DNA of 64,000 nucleotides from Squalus acanthias. Its lineage: Eukaryota. The DNA is taken from NCBI GenBank assembly GCA_030390025.1, contig CM059431.1, forward strand, positions 140,928,001 to 140,992,000. The letters are read 5' to 3'. The notes below the pieces were generated by a model. It saw only the letters and a program-made list of their open reading frames with translations, searched no databases and was not told the DNA's origin. Positions 59,372-64,000 of the stretch are shown piece by piece; the first letter of the stretch is position 1, and each line of letters begins with the position of its first letter. Both the position numbers and the translations under genes were made by a program.

Positions 59372-59735
59372 TGACACTTGTTACAGTGTCTGACTCCTCA
59401 CTGGGAGAGACACATACTGTACACAGTGAAACTTGTTACAGAGTCTGACTCCTCACTGGGAGAGACACATACTGTACACAGGGACACTTGTTACAGAGTC
59501 TGACTCCTCACTGGGAGAGACACACACTGTACACAGTGACACTTGTACAGAGTCTGACTCCTCACTGGGAGAGACACACACTGTACACAGTGACACTTGT
59601 ACAGAGTCTGACTCCTCACTGGGAGAGACACACACTGTACACAGGGACACTTGTTACATAGTCTGACTCCTCACTGGGAGAGACACACACTGTACACAGG
59701 GACACTTGTTACAGTGTACGACTCCACACTGGGTG
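59372..59735. repeat. 54/55-bp minisatellite, about 6.5 copies
   Basis: ACACTTGTTACAGAGTCTGACTCCTCACTGGGAGAGACACACACTGTACACAGTG. Confidence 0.95.
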
Positions 59736-60060
59736 ACTCCCAGGAACACTGAGTGCCATTGTTAGTGTCCCACTGCAGCATAGACTGAGACCGACCCTGG
59801 GCTCTTCCTGTGTGTTCATTTCCCCAGTGACCCCATTGGGGAACATTCAGCCCCGGATATCCTGCAGAATCAGCGCTCTGGCGCCGGGCTTATGAGTCTC
59901 CTGACCCTGTGGCTGGGCCTCTGACCTCACAATGGGAGATGACGCGCGCTCAGCTCGAGCTGGAAACCGTTAAAGGGGCCGTCAGTATTTAAACCCGGAG
60001 CGCGGCCGCTTAAAGGGGAGGAACAGAAAATCGGCTAAAAATGGTCATCAATTGAAATCT

Positions 60061-61646
60061 TCACACATTCACACTCAGTCCGCGTCTTGTTCCCTGAAGT
60101 GACATCAGCTGATTCTTTCCGGTTGAACTGAACTGATTCCAGCCCAGCCTGAAACAGATTAAAGATTAAACAGGAAATAAACAGATTGAACAACAGTATA
60201 AATAACAGGGAGACTGGGGTTAATATTTCAATAATAATTACAGACAAATATTACCCATAAAATTGACTGAGTCCCATTTATATTTTAATTATTACATTAA
60301 ACATTAACACAAACACTCACCAGATCCGCTCCAGACTTCTGCAGGTCAGTACGAGGAGACGGAAAGCGGGGACAGATCGGTCTGTGAAGGAGTTTGATTC
60401 CAGGTTCACATCCGTCAGTGACCGGATTGTACTAAGAGCGGAGGCGAGATCCTCGCCACAAGAATCTGTGAGACCGACAGCATTCAGCCTGGGGATCATT
60501 TAGCGAAATAACAGGAAACAGGGTAAATCCCCAGAGTTTATCAATAACACTATTACTGATAATAATAATGTTCAGTGTCAGACATACAGCTATTATAAGC
60601 ACAATCTCATACAGTCTGGTACTTACACCAGTTTCTGTATTTTACACTCCGGGTTCCTCAGAGCCGCAGACACTAGTTTGACTCCTGAATCTCCCAGTTT
60701 ATTATAACCCAGGTTCAGATCCATCAGTGAGCGGTTTGTGCTGAGAGCGGAGGCGAGATCCTCGGTACAATAATCTGTGAGCCCGACATCAGGCAACCTG
60801 CGGATCAGAGAGAGAAATCACAGGAATCAGAGTAAATCTCCAGTGTTTATTAATAACACTATTACTAATACTAATAATCATATACAGCGTCAGACATCCA
60901 GTTATTATAAACACAATCTCACACAGTCTGGTACTTACTGCAGTGTCTCTATTTTACACTCCGGGTTCCTCAGAGAGGCAGACAGTAGTTTCACTCCTGA
61001 ATCTCCCAGTTTATTTTTACCCAGGTTCAGAACCGTCAGCGACCGGTTTGTAGTGAGAGCGGAGGCGAGATCCCCGGCACAAGAATCTGAAAGACCGTTA
61101 CCCCACAGCCTGGGATCAGAGAGAGAAATACAGGAATCAGAGTAAATTCCCCAATGTTTATAAATAACACTATTACCGATACTAATAATAATGTACATTG
61201 TTAGACACCCAGTTATTATAAACACAATCTCACACAGTCTGGTACTTACTGCAGTTTCTGTATTTTACAGTCCGGGTTTCTCAGAGCCGCAGACATTAGT
61301 TTCACTCCTGAATCTCCCAGTTTATTATTATTCAGGTTCAGAACTGTCAGAGACCGGTTTGTACTGAGAGCGGAGGCGAGATTCCCGGCACAAGAATCTG
61401 TGAGACCGACAGACCATGCACTGAGGATCAGAAAGAGAAATAACAGGAATCAGAGTAAATCCCAATGTTAATTAATAACACAACTACTGATCCTAATAAT
61501 AATGTGCAGTGTCAGACATCCAGTTATCATAAACACAATTTCACATGTCTGGTACTTACTCCAGTTTCTGTATTTTACAGTCCGGGTTCCTCAGAGCCGC
61601 AGACAGTAGTTTCACTCCTGAATCTCCCAGTTTATTGTAACTCAGT
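60061..61646 (-). CDS. NLR (NACHT-LRR; NLRP3/NLRC3-like) gene, last six coding exons: 61560-61646, 61250-61420, 60939-61109, 60627-60797, 60321-60488, 60061-60148
   Basis: Exons of 87, 171, 171, 171, 168 and 88 nt with canonical AG/GT sites in phase 2. They encode RI-type LRRs ([39 protein letters not shown]) and end ...GLSVNV*. The NACHT exon is not in the window. Confidence 0.88.
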
Positions 61647-61699
61647 CTAAACACAGAGAGTGAGAAACAAACTGAGTCAAAGCACGGATCTGATATATG

Positions 61700-63453
61700 T
61701 TAGCAAAATACTGCGGATGCTGGAAATCCGAAATAATAACAGAAAACGCTGGAAAAACTCAGCAGGCCAGGCAACATCCGTGGAGAGAGGAAGAGAGTTA
61801 ACGTTTCAGGTCGAAACCCTTCGTCGGAACTGAGAGAGCAAGAAATAAACAGATAAAAATGCAAGGGGGAGGCTGGGGGGAGGAATAAAAGAACAAAAGG
61901 GATGGTCTTTAGTGAGTAGAGACATTGAGAGATGCTCAAGGCAAGACGAGATGGTAATGAGACAGGTTGAGAAACAAAAGGTAATGTGTGAAATGCTGGC
62001 AGAATCAGAGACAGCTGCCGTGGGGGGAGAGAGAGAAAAAAAGGAAAAAGGCACGGACCAAAAGAGTGGATAAAATGTATACATATATGGTAGGGGCCGG
62101 GGTTATGATCTGAAATTGTTGAACTCGATATTGAGTCCGGAAGGCTGTAAAGTGCCTAAACGGAAGATGAGGTGCTGTTCCTGGAGCTTACGCTGCGCTT
62201 CCGTGGAACAATGCAAGAGGCCGAGGACGGTGAGGTCTGAGTGAGCGTGGAGGGGTGAATTAAAATGACAAGCGACCGGAAGCTCGGGGTCAACCTTCCG
62301 GACTGAACGGAGGTGTTCCGCAAAGCGGTCACCCAATCTGCGCTTGGTCTCCCCAATGTAGAGGAGACCACATCGTGAGCAGCGAATACAGTATACTAAA
62401 TTGCAAGAAGTACAAGTAAATCGCTGTTTCACCTGGAAGGGGTGTTTGGGGCCCTGGAGAGTGGGAAGGGGGGATGTATAAGGGCAGGTGTTGCATCTCC
62501 TGCGCTTGCACGGGAAGGTGCCGGGTGAAGGGGAAGGGGTGCTGGGGGTGATAGAGGAGTGGACTAGGGTGTCTCGGAGGGAGCGGTCCCTACGGAATGC
62601 TGAAAGGGGAGGTGAGGGGAAGATACGTTTGGTGGTGGGATCACGTTGGAGGTGGCGGAAATGGCGGAGGATGATCCGTTGAATGTGGAGGCTGGTGGGG
62701 TGGAAGGTGAGGACAAGGGGAACTCTATCGTGGTTCCGGGAGGGAGGGGCCGGGGTGAGGGCAGAAGTGCGGGAGATGGAACGGGCACGGTCGAGGGCCG
62801 TGTTGACCACGGTAGAGGGGAATCCTCGGTTGAGGAAAAAGGAAGCACTGGTATGGAAGGTGGCATCGTCGGAGCAGATGCGGCGGAGACGGAGAAACTG
62901 GGAGAAGGGAATAGAGTCCTTACAGGAGGCGGGGTGGGAGGAAGTGTAGTCCAGGTAGCTGTGGGAGTCAGTGGGCTTGTAGTGAATGTTGGTCAATAAC
63001 CTATCCCCAGAGATGGAGACGGAGAAGTCGAGGAAGGGGAGGGAAGAGTCGGAGATGGACCATGTGAAGGTGAGGGAAGGGTGGAAATTGGATGGAAAGT
63101 GAATGAAATTGTCTAGTTCAGGGCGAGAGCAGGAAACGGCACCGATACAGTCGTCAATGTACCGGAAAAAGAGGTGAGGGAGGGGACCCGAGTAGGACTG
63201 GAACAAAGAGTGTTCCACATATCCCACGAAAAGGCAGGCATAGCTAGGACCCATGCGGGTACCCATAGCAACACCTTTGATTTGGAGGAAATGAGTGGAG
63301 TCAAAGGAGAAGTTGTTCAATGTGAGAACAAGTTCAGCCAGGCGGAGGAGGGTGGCGGTGGATGGGGACTGGTTGCGCCTCTGTTCAAGGAAGAAGCGGA
63401 GCGCCCTCAGGCCATCCTGGTGGGGGATGGAGGTGTAGAGGGATTGTACGTCC
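61700..63453 (-). mobile_element. Penelope-like element (RT + GIY-YIG) in an NLR intron
   Basis: ORF 62103-63320 has GVAMGT, FRYIDD and NLVYCIRCSRCGLLYIGET. The 3' pLTR carries a mutated hammerhead at 61796-61831. Confidence 0.92.
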
Positions 63454-64000
63454 CTATGCCTGCCTTTTCGTGGGATATGTGGAACACTCTTTGTTCCAGT
63501 CCTACTCGGGTCCCCTCCCTCACCTCTTTTTAAGGTACATTGACGACTGTATCGGTGCCGTTTCCTGCTCTCGCCCTGAACTAGACAATTTCATTCACTT
63601 TGCCTCCAATTTCCACCCTTCCCTCTTCTTCATATGGTCCATCTCCGACTCTTCCCTCCCCTTCCTCGACTTCTCCGTCTCCATCTCTGGGGATAGGTTA
63701 TTGACCAACATTCACTACAAGCCCACTGACTCCCACAGCTACCTGGACTACACTTCCTCCCACCCCGCCTCCTGTAAGGACTCTATTCCCTTCTCCCAGT
63801 TTCTCCGTCTCCGCCGCATCTGCTCCGACGATGCCACCTTCCATACCAGTGCTTCATTTTTCCTCAACCGAGGATTCCCCTCTACCGTGGTCAACACGGC
63901 CCTCGACCGTGCCCGTTCCATCTCCCGCACTTCTGCCCTCACCCCGGCCCCTCCCTCCCGGAACCACGATAGAGTTCCCCTTGTCCTCACCTTCCACCCC
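63454..64000 (+). mobile_element. Inverted duplicate segment of the same Penelope element
   Basis: Near-identical reverse complement of about 62697-63243. Runs off the window end. Confidence 0.9.

Overview
Eukaryotic, repeat-dense DNA, most likely from a cartilaginous fish (inferred from the CR1/Tx1/Penelope families, a GPR139-like receptor and NLR LRR exons). Most of the window is nested retroelements. Host genes: a two-exon GPR139/142-like GPCR (- strand, 329 aa when reassembled) and the last six coding exons of an NLR-type LRR gene (- strand). The main feature is a 7.7-kb endogenous retrovirus (15978-23687) inserted into the GPCR coding exon. It has apparently identical 516-bp LTRs, a 5-bp TSD, a tRNA-Ser(GCT) PBS, gag and pol in frame across one UGA, dual RNase H and no intact env. 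It also has a tandem array of 68-bp hairpin units in its leader, a cap-proximal TAR-like hairpin, and a 3' splice acceptor opening a Lys/Arg-rich exon. A Gypsy element (984-5494) inside a Tx1 LINE has no tRNA PBS. Instead it carries a perfect 13-nt complement of its own LTR poly(A)-signal region (candidate self-priming) and a YLDN RT motif. Two Penelope families carry minimal hammerhead ribozyme motifs. All alignments and folds were done by eye. Coordinates of decayed repeats are approximate.
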